A stretch of DNA of 64,000 nucleotides from Vicugna vicugna (lineage: Eukaryota): NCBI GenBank assembly GCA_013265495.1, contig MU058844.1:5062344-5126343 (forward strand), in the 5' to 3' direction. This document shows, piece after piece, positions 1-12,729 of this stretch. Numbering within the stretch: the first letter of the stretch is position 1; every line of letters starts with the position of its first letter. A model generated the notes under the pieces. It had not been told where the DNA came from. It ran no database searches and saw nothing but the letters and a program-made list of their open reading frames with translations. The translations under genes were made by a program, and so were the position numbers.

Positions 1-334
1 TGCATCTTATTTTAAATAACATTCATTATACTTTTTCTTTTGCTTAAGACTAATCACTTATAAGAAGTGTTTCATTCATCTTTAAAAAGCATAAGTAGTG
101 ATTGTTTCTTAATGACACATTTTTGATATATTTCATCTATGCTAAAAAAGAGAGTAAAGTCATAAAGTTTGTTATATGATATTCACTTAATTCAGTTTCA
201 CTTCTTGACTTGCATTACTCTTGAAGTGGAAATTTCAACTTCTAGTTACCCAGACTAGGAATTGAGGTCCTGAAACCTAAAGAATAGGTGAGTTTAATTA
301 ATTTAAACAAAAGACTAGGGACATATGTCTTCTG

Positions 335-1133
335 AGCTGTTTTAACTCACAACACTTCTGACACCAAATGTGTGTTCATTTTTCTTCATCCAACATCCAG
401 TTTTCCCATTCTCTTAACACCAACATTCAGTTCAGTTCCAACACTTTGAGGAGTTAGTGCAGACCCCACAGGTTAGGGGCACAGTCCCATTGACTGCCCT
501 TACTTCAGATGATAATAACGAACCTTGGTCACCCATAATTGGGTGTAACTGGCTGTAAAGTTGAGTGGTTCCCAGAACCTACTCCTCAGATTTGATAAGT
601 TGCTAGAACTGCTCACAGAACTCAGGAAGGCACTTGACTATAATGGTTTATTGTAAAGGACACAATCCAGGAACAGCCAAATGGAGAAGATGCATAGGAC
701 AAGGTATGGAGGCAGGGATGCACCGTGCATCCTCTCCAGGCATGTCACCCTCCTAGCTCCTCAGTGTGTTCACTACCCAGAAGCTCTCTAAACACCATTG
801 TTTACGTTGGTCCCATTATGTAGGCATGATTGATTAAGTCATTGGCTATTGATAATTGGACTCAACCTCCAGCCCCTCTCCCTTCCTCATATACCTGCAG
901 GTGGTGCTAAAAGTTCCAAACTTTTAATCACATGGTTGATTCCTGTAGCAACCAGCCCCCATCCTGAAGGTATCTAGGAGCCCACCAAGAGTCCCTTTAT
1001 TACTATCAATTCAGATATGGTGGAAAGAAGCTCCATATGAATAAGAAAAGATGTTCCTGTCACCAAAGATCTTAGAAACTCTGTGTCAGGAACTGGGGAC
1101 AAAGACCAAATATATATTTCCTATTATCACCCA
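335..1133 (-). mobile_element. MER21-type ERVL solo LTR
   Basis: Right end GGGACAAAGACCAAATATATATTTCCTATTATCAC and left end CTCACAACACTTCTGACACCAAATGTGTG match the reverse complement of the MER21B/C termini as I recall them. Internal motifs such as CTCACAGAACTCAGGAA and GGCATGATTGATTAA also fit. Confidence 0.85.
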
Positions 1134-1135
1134 CA

Positions 1136-1486
1136 TGTCCTGGTCAGCTCAGTCTACTATAACAAAATACCAAAGACTGGGTGGCTTAACAACAGGGCAT
1201 GTATTTCTCACAGTTCTAGGCAGAACAAGATCAATGTGGTGGCCGATTTGTTTTCTGGTGAAACTCTCTTGGCTTGGACTGCTGCCTTCTCACTGTGTCC
1301 TTACATGATGGAGAGAGAGAGAGAGAGCCACCTGGCCTCCTCCTCTTACAAGGAAAATAATCGCATTATGGAGGTCCCACCATCATGACCTTATCTAAAT
1401 CTAATCAACTCCTAAAAGTCCTAACTACAAATACAATCCTGTTGAGGGTTAAGGCTTCAACACATGAATCTTTGCAGGGACACAAA
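1136..1486 (-). mobile_element. MLT1A-type MaLR solo LTR
   Basis: ATAACAAAATACCAAAGACTGGGTGGCTTAACAACAG...TTTCTCACAGTTCT...GGCTTCAACACATGAAT...GGGACACAAA is the reverse of MLT1A0 hallmark motifs; length ~350 bp. Confidence 0.85.
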
Positions 1487-3224
1487 GAAATTCTCAATAT
1501 GTCAGAGCATGAATAAATGTCTTCCAGATTTTCAGTTTGATCTCTTCTTATAATCAAAGCCACCCAGGGAATCTGATAGAAAGGTAAACAACTTAGATTA
1601 CCTATTCCTTTACTTCATCCCTCTTGAAAAAAAGAACAATGTTTATTCTTATTAAGTATTTACTGACTAAATGCAGGCATATAAGTAAGAAAGTGTGAAT
1701 GAATGAATGAATAAACGAATGAATGAAAAGATGGATGATGCAGCCATTTGGACTTAAATAGAAGTAGATCAACTAAAATTTATTTTTAATCATAAACTAA
1801 ATACTAATTATAGAAATTATTTTTGTTTACTTGTAAAATATTTTAAACAACATATTTTATTATACCACATATATACATGTGGATATATATATATTTGTCA
1901 CATTTCTGCAAACATCATCTCTTCTTGTGTCTGTGCTATTTGTTTTTCCTCTTGGATGAATTAGCTTCATTTGACCTCAATACAAAAACGTAACTTGTTG
2001 ACATCCTGCTACACTTCTTGTCAGGTTTTAGAATGTTACCCTAGTCTCCATGGTGCCAACTCATCCAAATTAATGTTGTCAGTAATTTAACGAATAAGCT
2101 TTCTATAGCATCCCCAAACTCTTGAATACATTTCTCATAGCAAACATGCACTTGAATAGCAGTATAATGACCTCTAATCCATAAAAATGTGTAAAGGCAA
2201 CACCTATAATTCATATAGTTTGATTATTACCTACAGTGGGTAAAATAGAATTTACTGTACCAAGCTCAGTCTCACTAAGACCTCTTATTCTCTTAGGTTT
2301 TCATGGCCTGTGGGTCTTTGGTTCACTCAGGAACTATTTGAAGTTGTCCCTTTGTTTACTTAGTTAAGCAAATGTATCTATAGGATGTTTCAGACACTTA
2401 ACAGATGTAATCAGCTCACATGTAACCAAAGTTGATGAAAGCTAATAATAAGAGAAGAAAATGAGTTGGAAAAGAGTTCTTGTTATTGTGTATCATACAG
2501 AAGTCCAAAACTGTATTCATTTAAAAATAACATTATAAATAAATTCTATTCTATAAATGTACAGCCATCCTACCCTAGAAATATCTAAGAATCGTATTAT
2601 AGTTTAAAAATATTTAAAATGTTGGTACAAATTATGAAATAGAAGCTTGGCCATGCCTTATTGAGCTTAGTATTTTGAAACTAGAGAGGAATTTTTTATA
2701 ACCTTAGGAGGAGAAATTTTATTGCTGAAAGACTGATCAAAAGAAAAAAAAAAACACTCTTCTATAAAAAGCTTCCTTTAGAATCCTTATTAAAAAAGAA
2801 GAATACAACACTGAAGAAAAAAATTTTAAGAAGAAAGAGTTATGAGTAATGAAAAGGAAGAATTTTTACCTTTGTAATTTTAAAGATTTTTAAAAACAGT
2901 CACACCAGGAACAGAAATGCATATGACTAAAGCAAATTTTTAAGATAAGCAATTCTGCATCTGTGAGATTAGGCTAAGTGACATCTAGTGTTTCAACTAA
3001 GGCTAATATTTTATGATAAGTAGGTAAGGGACAGTTTAGAGAGTTGAAATGGTAGCCATACACTTTTAATTGTGAATTGTTAAAAGATTGTTGTTTTTAT
3101 TTCTTCTTCCCTGTTCCCCACTGGACCTTTGAAAGTGGACCAGAAAAATAATTATGAAATAATTACATTAAAAAAAAAAACCACTCTAAGACTAGTTTAT
3201 ATAAAAGACAGCATCCCATGGTCA

Positions 3225-3400
3225 TCTAGAATAGAGGTAGACTGTGCTGGTTTCCGTTCTGGCTCATCCACTTACCGGCTATGTGACCTTGGACTGGCTT
3301 ACTTAGCTTCTCGGGACCTCAGGGTCCTCATCTACAAAGAGTGTGTAGTAATGGTGCTTATTTCATCTAGCTGTGAGGCACTCAGGACTGTAGACCGTGT
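3225..3400 (+). mobile_element. MIR SINE fragment
   Basis: MIR core: CCACTTACCGGCTATGTGACCTTGG...CCTCAGGGTCCTCATCTACAAA. Confidence 0.75.
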
Positions 3401-6400
3401 TCATAATCTTGATGTATTTGCTGTTTTTGTTGTTGTTAGGCAAAAGGTCTTACAGCTTGTTTTTTTAAAATAATGGTTGAAAATAAATATTGAAAGTAGG
3501 AATATTGAGTCTCTAGAAATGTATATGTGACTAGAGTGAAGTATTTTGTTCAGAATGTAAATTTGATTTGTTAGAAAAACTGAAATGCTGGATGGATAAG
3601 AAAGAGAGAGGGAGAGACTAGACTAGTGAAGAGACTGATGATTTCATTATATTGATTTGTTGTTACTGTTATTATTATTATAAAAACACTTAACATGAGT
3701 CTACTGTTTTAAATTTTAAGTGTATAACATGGCATTATTAACCATGGGTACACTAATATATTAATTGATTTTTTAAATAGTTACATTAGAAACACTTTCA
3801 AATGTGAAGTTATTTCTAAAGAAAGAAAAATAACATTTGTGTACAGTACAGCAAAATAAAAGAAAAACTTTACATTGATTTTTCTGAACATAGGCAGAAT
3901 ATCCTTATACCTAGGACACATGCATGTCTTTAATCAGTTTTTCTGCAACATCTGTCTCTAGCACTATGACAATGGTATTTTTCCTGAAGAGTGTATTTTT
4001 TCAACGTGGACATATAATTTTTAATTGTTTTCAGAAACTATTTCCTGCAAAACCCTTCAAAGTTTTATTTTATGGTGAATAAATTTGAAATTGTTGACAA
4101 CTTGAAAATCGATGACCCTATCTTAGTTGAGATAACATTCTTCAGCTGCTGAACAAATTTTGCCAAATGGGAGGTATTTTAACTCTATGTTTAGAATTAA
4201 ATTTTATAAATATTTCAGCCCATTTATTTTCACAAATATCTATCAGAAGCAAAATTACTCAAATACCTTGTCTCTGTTAATGAGTCTTTTAAATGTTACA
4301 AAAAATACAGATGCGGCAAAACCATAGAATTTCTCAGTTTCCTTCAGGTTCCAGTTATAAATTTACCCAATTAAAAATAAGGGTTTTATCTTACTCTAGG
4401 TTGAAATATTAAAGCTTAATTACAGCATGGCACAATTAAATCTTGTAAACTATTTGCATTCTCATCATTAACTCATTCAGTTTGGTCCTTGCTTTTAAAG
4501 AAAAAACTTCAGTATCTTTGTATTTGTAGACTTTGTTTCCAATAATTACAATTCACTTAAAGCTTCAAAATCTAAAGTTTCTGGGCCTTAGTTTATTGAT
4601 TACTTTGATTAAGGATTTCCAGCTGGTTGTAAATAAGATATAATCAACATTTAGTGGATTAACATTATTGATTTAGAGAGTAGTTCTTCAAAGGTTGAAA
4701 CGTTTCTAAAATCTGTTTAATGATGGGGCGGCAAAGAAAGAACTTACCATGTCAAGTTTTACTAAATATTCTTTTTTTTTTATTTTAACATTACGTTTGT
4801 CACAATTTTCTAATGTTAATTATTCTGTGATTATATTTAAAAATTATAAATTTTCAAAATTTCAGTTTCTATTAAGATTGATTAAAAATCCTATGTTAGT
4901 TGGTAGCAGTCAGATTAGGTCCATACTATGGCCAATTCTAAGTTTATTTCTGACACACTCTATTTTAAATTAGTAAAAAAAAAAGTATATTTCATAAAAA
5001 TAAGATCCACCAAAATATGTATTCATAACATTATAGAAAAAACATGAAAGTTTATCATCAATGCTGATGTTTTAATTTGAATTTGGAAAATTTATATAAT
5101 GTCAAGTATTTTACTATTGAAAAATTGAACTTGGAAAGCTTTATTTGCATGAATTGATAGAGAGAAAACAAATGTATATTCAATTACCTTTGCTGATTTT
5201 CTATTTTAAGTATTTAATGTCACTGATACAAAACTGTTTTCCAAGTTCTTCTGCCAATGAAGCCTATACATGAATAGCTATTACTTTATTTTTCATATGT
5301 GTACAGGAAATTATAAATGGACACAACTGAGAACATTCTAATTATGACCTTGATTCATTCTTTACTAAATACTCAGATACTTGTATGCGCACAAAGGGAT
5401 TTAAATGTTTGCATAATGATTTCTGTATTCAGGACAGCAAATTTTGAGATGTCATGAAATTTAAAACTGCTTGTGGATTAAAGCCCACTTAAAATGGCAT
5501 TAAGTGAGGAGCGTTTTCTTTCTGAGTGTTGATTAGTGAGAATTACTTGGAAAAACATACTGACTATAAAAGTCTATATATCCACTTGTGGAAACCTTCC
5601 AGTGTGTAAGTAAATGCTAAAAATACTGATAGAATTTTGTTTTCTTTTCCTTTTATAGAAATTGGAGAGCTAAAGCTTGATGTTAAAAGAATCCTTTCAC
5701 AGTTTTTTGGGGGGAGGACTATATATATTCTCATATTTTGTATATGTGTGTGTGTGTGTATATATAAATCTTAAACTCATTCTTCCTGGAAGTAGGCCTC
5801 CAAGAAACACTTCCTTCTTTAGTTCCGCAGACTGTCACAGACTGTCATCTAATCATCTTCATATCTTTCTCTGAAAAAGAAAAATTCATTGAGGCATGAA
5901 ACAACCTAAAACCTATAATAAATTCCAAATGGCTGATGATTAAGTTCCACTTTGATTTCTGAATGGAAGCCTTACCTTGTTGTCTATTCTCCCCTCCCTC
6001 ATGGGTTGTCAATTCATTGTTTTCACTTCTGTGCTAATTTTAAATGAAGCGTGCAGTCATCTGTGAAATGTTTTGTGTTAAAGCTCTATGAAATAATTCA
6101 TGTTGTTGCATCCTTCCAAAGCCAACTCCCTGCTTCAGGCAGAAGTCAGTATCTATCTCCTTCCACCCTGCTTGGGTCATTGCCTCTTGGTTATTTCCTT
6201 TGCCTGTTCAATTTGGAGTTATAAACTGAATTTGCCTTTTCCTACAACTTCTACTTTCTCAGAACTGCTACATCCACTACTTGCATTTAGGTTTGTATTG
6301 GTGAACAATGTCTTTTATTCTCCTACTCTTTACATTCATGGGAGTTAGATTGTTTGATTCTTACATCCTATCTAGATAGAAAGAAGGAAGGAAGGAAGGG

Positions 6401-7745
6401 GAGGGAGGAAGAACAAAGAAAAGAAAATGTGTATTCTGAATTACTAAAACAAGCATCTATGACATATTCCACCCTTAGGCCAGCAAAGTGTATGTCCCCA
6501 CCCCTTTTTAGAATATCTTCTTAATTTTTTTCCATTTGAATTATCAGGCTCTCAGTACCATTAAGAAAAGGTACCCAAAGATCATACCTGGTTATTAGTC
6601 GGTTCTGTTTGATGGAAATGTCTCCCTCAAACCTATCGAAGTTCCTATCCCATGTCTGGGAATCCTGCAGTCACCTGTGCCATCTGGATGTGGTCCTTCA
6701 AACCCACTTGAAACCCAGATTGGCACCCCTGTGAAACCTGTGCCCATTTCCTCCTATCAGGGCACTCTGTGATCCCTCACAACACTTCTGTCCCCACCAG
6801 TCTGCACATTCTTTTCGCTGACCTGATCACACCAAGGAGTTCATGGCTACAGTTTACGGGGTATCACGGGCCCTGCAGCAGAGCCCTGGTTGCAGGAGCA
6901 AGGCTGGTGAGGGTCATTCCTGTGAGCTGGAGCATGTTTTTTCACTGCCACAATGGTTCTAATGACTTGATTTAGGAGCTCTCATTCTCATTGGACTCAG
7001 AATGAGTCAGGGCTCAGGCTCCCCATGTTTCACTGCCAATAACCAAGAAACATGGACTTCTGCTTGGCAGTGGTTTGACTGTATGCTGCCTCAGATCTCC
7101 AGCACCGCAGGGCAGTGAGGATGATGGCAGGATTCCGTTATTGTGTGTGCCAGCCACGGGCACCAAGGGCTGTGTCCCCATCTCCTCCACAGGCTCCACA
7201 CTGCATGTCAGGCCGTTCTCTGTGTCTGTGCCTCTTCCTACAGCTTACAATATTTACCTCACTATGCCAATGAGCCCTTTCTATAGGGTTTTTTTTTTTG
7301 TAATAAAACAAAAAAAGCAAATATGCAAATACCTCTTCTCTACCCATTATTCTCTCCTTACTCTAAACCCTTGTTGATAAATTACTGTATTGCATTTATG
7401 GGTCCATAAGTTTTATAATATATTTTAAAATCAAAGTGTATATATTGACAGGGGCCTCACAGAGTGAGGTATAATGGGCAGTTTTAACTTCTAGGAATAT
7501 TGTACAATTGATCTGTCCTTAAATGTGCCTTTTTTTCATTTGACTGGTAATCTATAATGCTAGACATCCAGTGGATTTGACATGGTCCTAGGCATTCCAG
7601 ACAATCCTGTTTCTTGAGAAGAATCACAGGGAATCTTTCTACAATATCACTGTTGGACATTACATCATTTTTCTTACTATTGCTCTTGTTATTGGCAGAA
7701 AGAGAACTTGAAATTTTATTTGGAACTGCTGACCTCATTTACCTG

Positions 7746-8035
7746 TGCATGTTAGCAAAATGCCTAGTATGTTAATTTGCTCAAAATTTGATGTTTGGTT
7801 TTATGCACTTTGTTGCTATTAACATCCTTCTGTTTTCACATAGATTTCAATAATTGAGTAATTTTAGAGGCATTATTTTGGAAATGTCTAGTTGTCACAG
7901 TAAACATCTTATTTTTCTCTGTGCATTGTACAAATTTTTCATTCCTTTTGCCCTTTGTCATTGAATCTAACACTAAACGTATTGTTTTGTTACATCAATA
8001 AACATCTTCTGTGGACCAAGAAGAAAAAAAACAAA
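7746..8035 (+). pseudogene. HIF1A: 5'-truncated processed retrocopy of the terminal HIF1A 3'UTR with poly(A) remnant
   Basis: TTAGCAAAATGCCTAGTATGTTAATTTGCTCAAAAT...ATTTCAATAATTGAGTAATTTTAGA...TGTACAAATTTTTCATTCCTTTTG...TTGTTACATCAATAAACATCTTCTGTGGACCA is colinear with the end of mammalian HIF1A mRNA as I recall it. AATAAA at 7997-8002 is followed by an A-rich tail at ~8018-8035. No coding portion is present. Confidence 0.85.
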
Positions 8036-9524
8036 CAATAACTAGAACCTAGAACAACATCAACATACACTAGAAACTTAACAAATGTTCACAGATGATA
8101 TTGTAAACAAATTAAGAGAAAAAAGCTGAACATGAATAATGAATTAAATTTGTCTTTGTTATAATATATTTATGTTGCCTGGTTATTTATTGTAAGTCAG
8201 AAAATGGATAATTTTAATGCAAGGCAAGAGTTACACTACTTGGAATCAGCAGTGTTCCTGTTTTTCTAATGTGCAGAGACTTCCTGCTGAGGGCATTCTA
8301 ACCAGGCAAACTCTGTTTGTGTTTATTTTATCATTAAAAAAGGGATATTTTGAAACATATTTGACTCAGGCACTAGCGAGAGGAAGAGAGAGAACAAGGG
8401 AGAAGGAAATTACGGGGTGGGATATAGAGTTTCCACAGGAGGCTAGTTGTTCATGCTCAGAAGATGAGTAAAAACTAAGAAAGGTTCTGACGTCTGGCAG
8501 TACAAATTACGGCCCTTCACATGTGTGGGTCCTTCCAAAGGAACCATCTGGCCCAGTGCTGGCTGTTAGTACTGTGTGCAGTCTGAAACAATTGATTGTG
8601 TTGCACTAAATCTGACAACAAAAAGTTGCCTCTACTTTTGGATTACTAACTTTAGCTACAAATACTTGTCATGTACATTTGATTTACAGAGTTTTCATCA
8701 TATTTCTGTCCTCTGAATGTATCCAGTAGTTAAAGGAATAATAGGATTTCTTGAGGTTTACTTACGGAAAGCAATAGAAAAAGGGTAGCCAGAATTACTC
8801 TACTGCGAAGATCATACAATAAGGAATCACCTTCAAATGAAGATGTGGGAATTGAGAGGAAGTTTGGAATGGGGAAGGGTTTTAGCAGGTCAAGAATATG
8901 ACAGATAAATGTTACAGAAGGTAACTTAGTCTAATTAAATATTGGGTTTAATTTTAGGAGACGAGTTATATACCATGTTCTAGCACTGACTTTAGTGAAT
9001 GGCTTCACTTTTCTGAACCTAGATTTTCTCATCTATGGAAAGAGGAGGGTTCAAGGGTTGCTATCAAAGGTAAAGTCCACTTCTAAAATGCAACCTGTTC
9101 TATGCCACCTTTTCAGATTTTTGCCTGGTATTTTCCAAATCCATCCTTGCTTATCACATAATGTCAACAAGAATAGCGGAGAAGTTAAGATTAAATTATC
9201 TAGGACAAAGCATGTCAATACAGCTTTAATGAAAGGTGAAATCTTGCTTGCATATGCTAATGTGAACAAAAACTTAGAGGCGTCTGAGTCCAAGATGCAA
9301 GATGTTCCATCTGAATGAAAAAATAGGAAAAATCCTTCAGAGACTCTTCCTTTCTTACGTTATTTCGAAAAGGAAGTCAAAGAATTTTAGAGCTGTAAAA
9401 AAAAATTCAGGATACTGAAAAGCACAGTATTCTTTGATAACCACTGCAGACTATCTGGCTATTACTATTTTTATAGTACAATTAGTAAATTATATTCAAT
9501 ATATTGAAGTAGAATTAATGTTTT

Positions 9525-9590
9525 CAGTCCTAGCATAGTGCCTCATAGATAGAGGCACTCAATATATATTTATGGAATAAATGAACAAAT
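9525..9590 (+). mobile_element. L2 3' end fragment
   Basis: CCTAGCATAGTGCCT...AGGCACTCAATATATATTTATGGAATAAATGAA is an L2 tail motif. Confidence 0.65.
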
Positions 9591-11414
9591 ACATTTGAAA
9601 GAGTAGATCAACAAATGGTTAAACTTTTCATTCAATCCCATATTCCGGGGACAGAGCCAGCCAATTTGAAAACATGTTGGTATAATATTGATATTCAGGT
9701 TTCATCTGGATCCTTTCCAGTATGAGAACTTGCGAATGATTGCTGTGAAACTCTTGCTCTTTATATTAAGCAAAAAAATTCATTTAAGAATACTTAATAA
9801 AACTATTATAGGCGATGGGGAAATGAAAACAGTACTGTTCTTTTGCAATATAAATAGCATAAACTATGCTTGGGAACTAGTCCCTAGAAATTATTATGAG
9901 ATTAAGAAGCAAATCAAGGAAATCTTTGGCAAAACCTGCAATTTCTTACTGAGAAGTTTGTCATTATGGACAGACCAAGCCAAGAAGCATAAGAGCAGAT
10001 GGTGAAATGCCAAGTATGAAAAAATTCATGTCTCTCTCTGGTACCCTAAGCATAAGGACTTGGCTATAGACCAACACTTACTACTGTGGGCCCACTGAGA
10101 AGCAAAAATTATCCAGCAATCATCGCAGTGAGGAATAGAATCCTGGAGAGGAACTGCACACACTTCAGCCATCTCCATTACAAATCCTTCATGGTCTCGG
10201 GAAGGCCATTTGGAAGGCAGGGCACCTGCCAATGAACTTAAGAGTTAGCTCCACCTTCAGAAGAGCCTCTGGAAGGACCATTCAGAGCATTCCCTTGTCT
10301 TTTCTAAATTTCCTATTCATCTGTCCCCAAAGGTTAGTTTGAGGATTTAATAAGGTAGTTAAATAAGACTACTTTGAAAGATGTAAAATGAGACTTCAGG
10401 GTTATTTACTTATACTACTTTTATTATCAAGAGTTCAATTAAACCCCAATTTTTTCTTTGAGAAAATGCTGTAACACTATCAAAGTTTTTCAAAATGAAG
10501 TTAATTAGAATGATGATGTTTATGGAAATATTTACTCTTTCTTTCAAGCAAACAGTGATGTTTATAGGTAAAAACTCCAAATGTTTTCTAGTATATAATA
10601 AAATTTAAAATGTAAAATTTCACAGACAACTTAATTACCTCTTACACTGATTATGTTTGGGAAATAACTGTATAATGTGAAATAACTCAGACCCCTAGTT
10701 CAATGGATTCTACAAGAGAGAAGCACACAAAAATTAATAAATTTATGAGTGAATATGGTAAAATAAACCTAAAATAATCAATGGAGTAAATAATGACTAT
10801 ATAATGATGTTTCACCTCATGGAAACTAGGCCTGTCAATGCAAATTATATAACTTTATATAATTTTCCAAATTGGACCAATAATACAATCCCTACATTGA
10901 GAGCTGCCTTGTAAATGGGAGAATAATAACTTATCCAGGTGGTTTTATTAAAGGAGACAGATACCCTAGGGATAGAGATTTCCAATTAACTAATGAATTT
11001 AATGATTTTTTAACCACTTAATCAACAAATGATCCATGTTTACTATTTGTTATATCCTGTGCTAGGGGCCTTGATACAGTAACATAAGGTTTAATTTCAA
11101 ATATGCTTTCAAACCTTTGCATATATCTGAGTATATACATAAAGAAACTATATAGCTTTTTAATGTTATGAAAAATATAAAAAACATTACCAGTAAATTT
11201 AAATGAAAATGTTTTCTTCCATTTTGTATTATCTATTCTAATTTTTCTTAATTCATTCTTTACAATCTTAAAATGGAAACTAATCCTAAAGTCTAACTTT
11301 GGGATAAGTTAACAGTGTGAGCCAAATCTTCTGAGAGTGAAAATTTCATAAATTTTCATGCATTATTGTGTGTGGTTTATGTTGAAGCGCTGGTACCCAA
11401 ACCATACAGTGGCA

Positions 11415-11600
11415 CACTCAGTTAACAACTCCTTATGAAGTACCTATCATGTGCCAGGCCCTGTGCTGGGCATACACAGGGATAAGATACTGCTCTCAAG
11501 GAACTTTCAGTCTACTTAAGGGATAAGTAATTTAATAAGGTCGCATGAAATACATAAAATTAAGCATGGGAATTGGGGGATACATAAGTAGGGCAATTAA
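11415..11600 (-). mobile_element. L2 3' fragment
   Basis: AGTACCTATCATGTGCCAGGCCCTGTGCTGGG...TGCTCTCAAGGAACTTTCAGTCTA is a reverse L2 tail. Confidence 0.65.
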
Positions 11601-12729
11601 TCATCAATGGTATCTTAGTCTCCTGTTTCATTATTCAAATAGTAAAATGATCCATCACTATATGTATATCAAATAAAACTGAGCTGTAGTTAAGAGTTCT
11701 CAGTAGGAATGCTTATGGCTTCAATGCAGAAATAGTGATTGTTTCTATCACCGGTATTTATCCTCTGCATATTTTATATATTTAACTTCTTTATTTGACT
11801 TGATTTTTCCACAAGATTTTAAGTACTTACCTTAGGAGATACTAAGCAATTATTATCAAAAGGTCTCACTCCACCTAAAAAAATACGAAGTAAATATTGC
11901 TGAGTTTCTTACTAGTTGACCATTTTTCCAAAATATTTTTATTTTGGGAAAGATAGATATCTATACAAATACACTACTTGAAGTTTCCTTGGCCAAACAA
12001 TTTTGGGCTAGTTTGAATGAATACAGAAATATGCCATATGATACAGGCAAAATATGTTCTAGGTTCCTTTAAATTCACAAGACTGGAAAAAGTGATATGT
12101 AACAATTTTTCCCAACTTACAAAAAAAAATTAGGAAAATATTTTAATTATGATATACTTTCTTTTCCAATATGATTTCCTAGAATAGAAATGAGGATTCT
12201 CTTCTTCCTTTGGATTGTTTAGACATTTAATTATAAATTCTGGTGTATGTGTGTGATGTACACATATATCACATATGTATCATATATACAAAACCACACA
12301 CATACAGATTTATTTGTGTATTTATTGCTTGATGTGTGTATGTTGTGCATTTGTGGAAGACAATGCATTATTGGTAAATTATTAGAGTTCTAACTCACTT
12401 ACATGTTAAAATGTTTTATCAGTAGTATATTAAAGTGTGCAGATCACTTCATTTAATCATTTGATCAGCCAAATTATATACCAGAATTAAGTTAGATACG
12501 GAACAAAGATGAATGAGAATCATTCTAGGTCTTCCCTTATCCTCTTGTTTATAATAGTAAATGAGGACATCACAATGTAATGGTTTTGCAGAGGCCAAAG
12601 CATTAACTGCCTGAGTGTTTGGAGGAAGGCTTCATTGATATTTATGATTCATTTCTTAAATGATGACATATTTTAAATGTACCAAATGTGCATTTAACTT
12701 GAACAATTTGCTAGGATTGCCTCCCATCT

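Noticed and set aside
246..295. 42-nt exon-like segment sharing the 15-mer AGAATAGGTGAGTTT with 38005-38019
   Set aside because: All frames contain or end in a stop, and a single 15-mer match is expected by chance in 64 kb of AT-rich DNA.
4035..4173. Plus-strand exon-like segment (TTTTCAG|...GAG|GTATTT)
   Set aside because: Stops in all three frames and a weak donor.
8995..9318. Overlapping 107-aa (+) and 80-aa (-) ORFs
   Set aside because: Starts in a MIR-like remnant, has no recognisable domain and no consistent splice-site pair.
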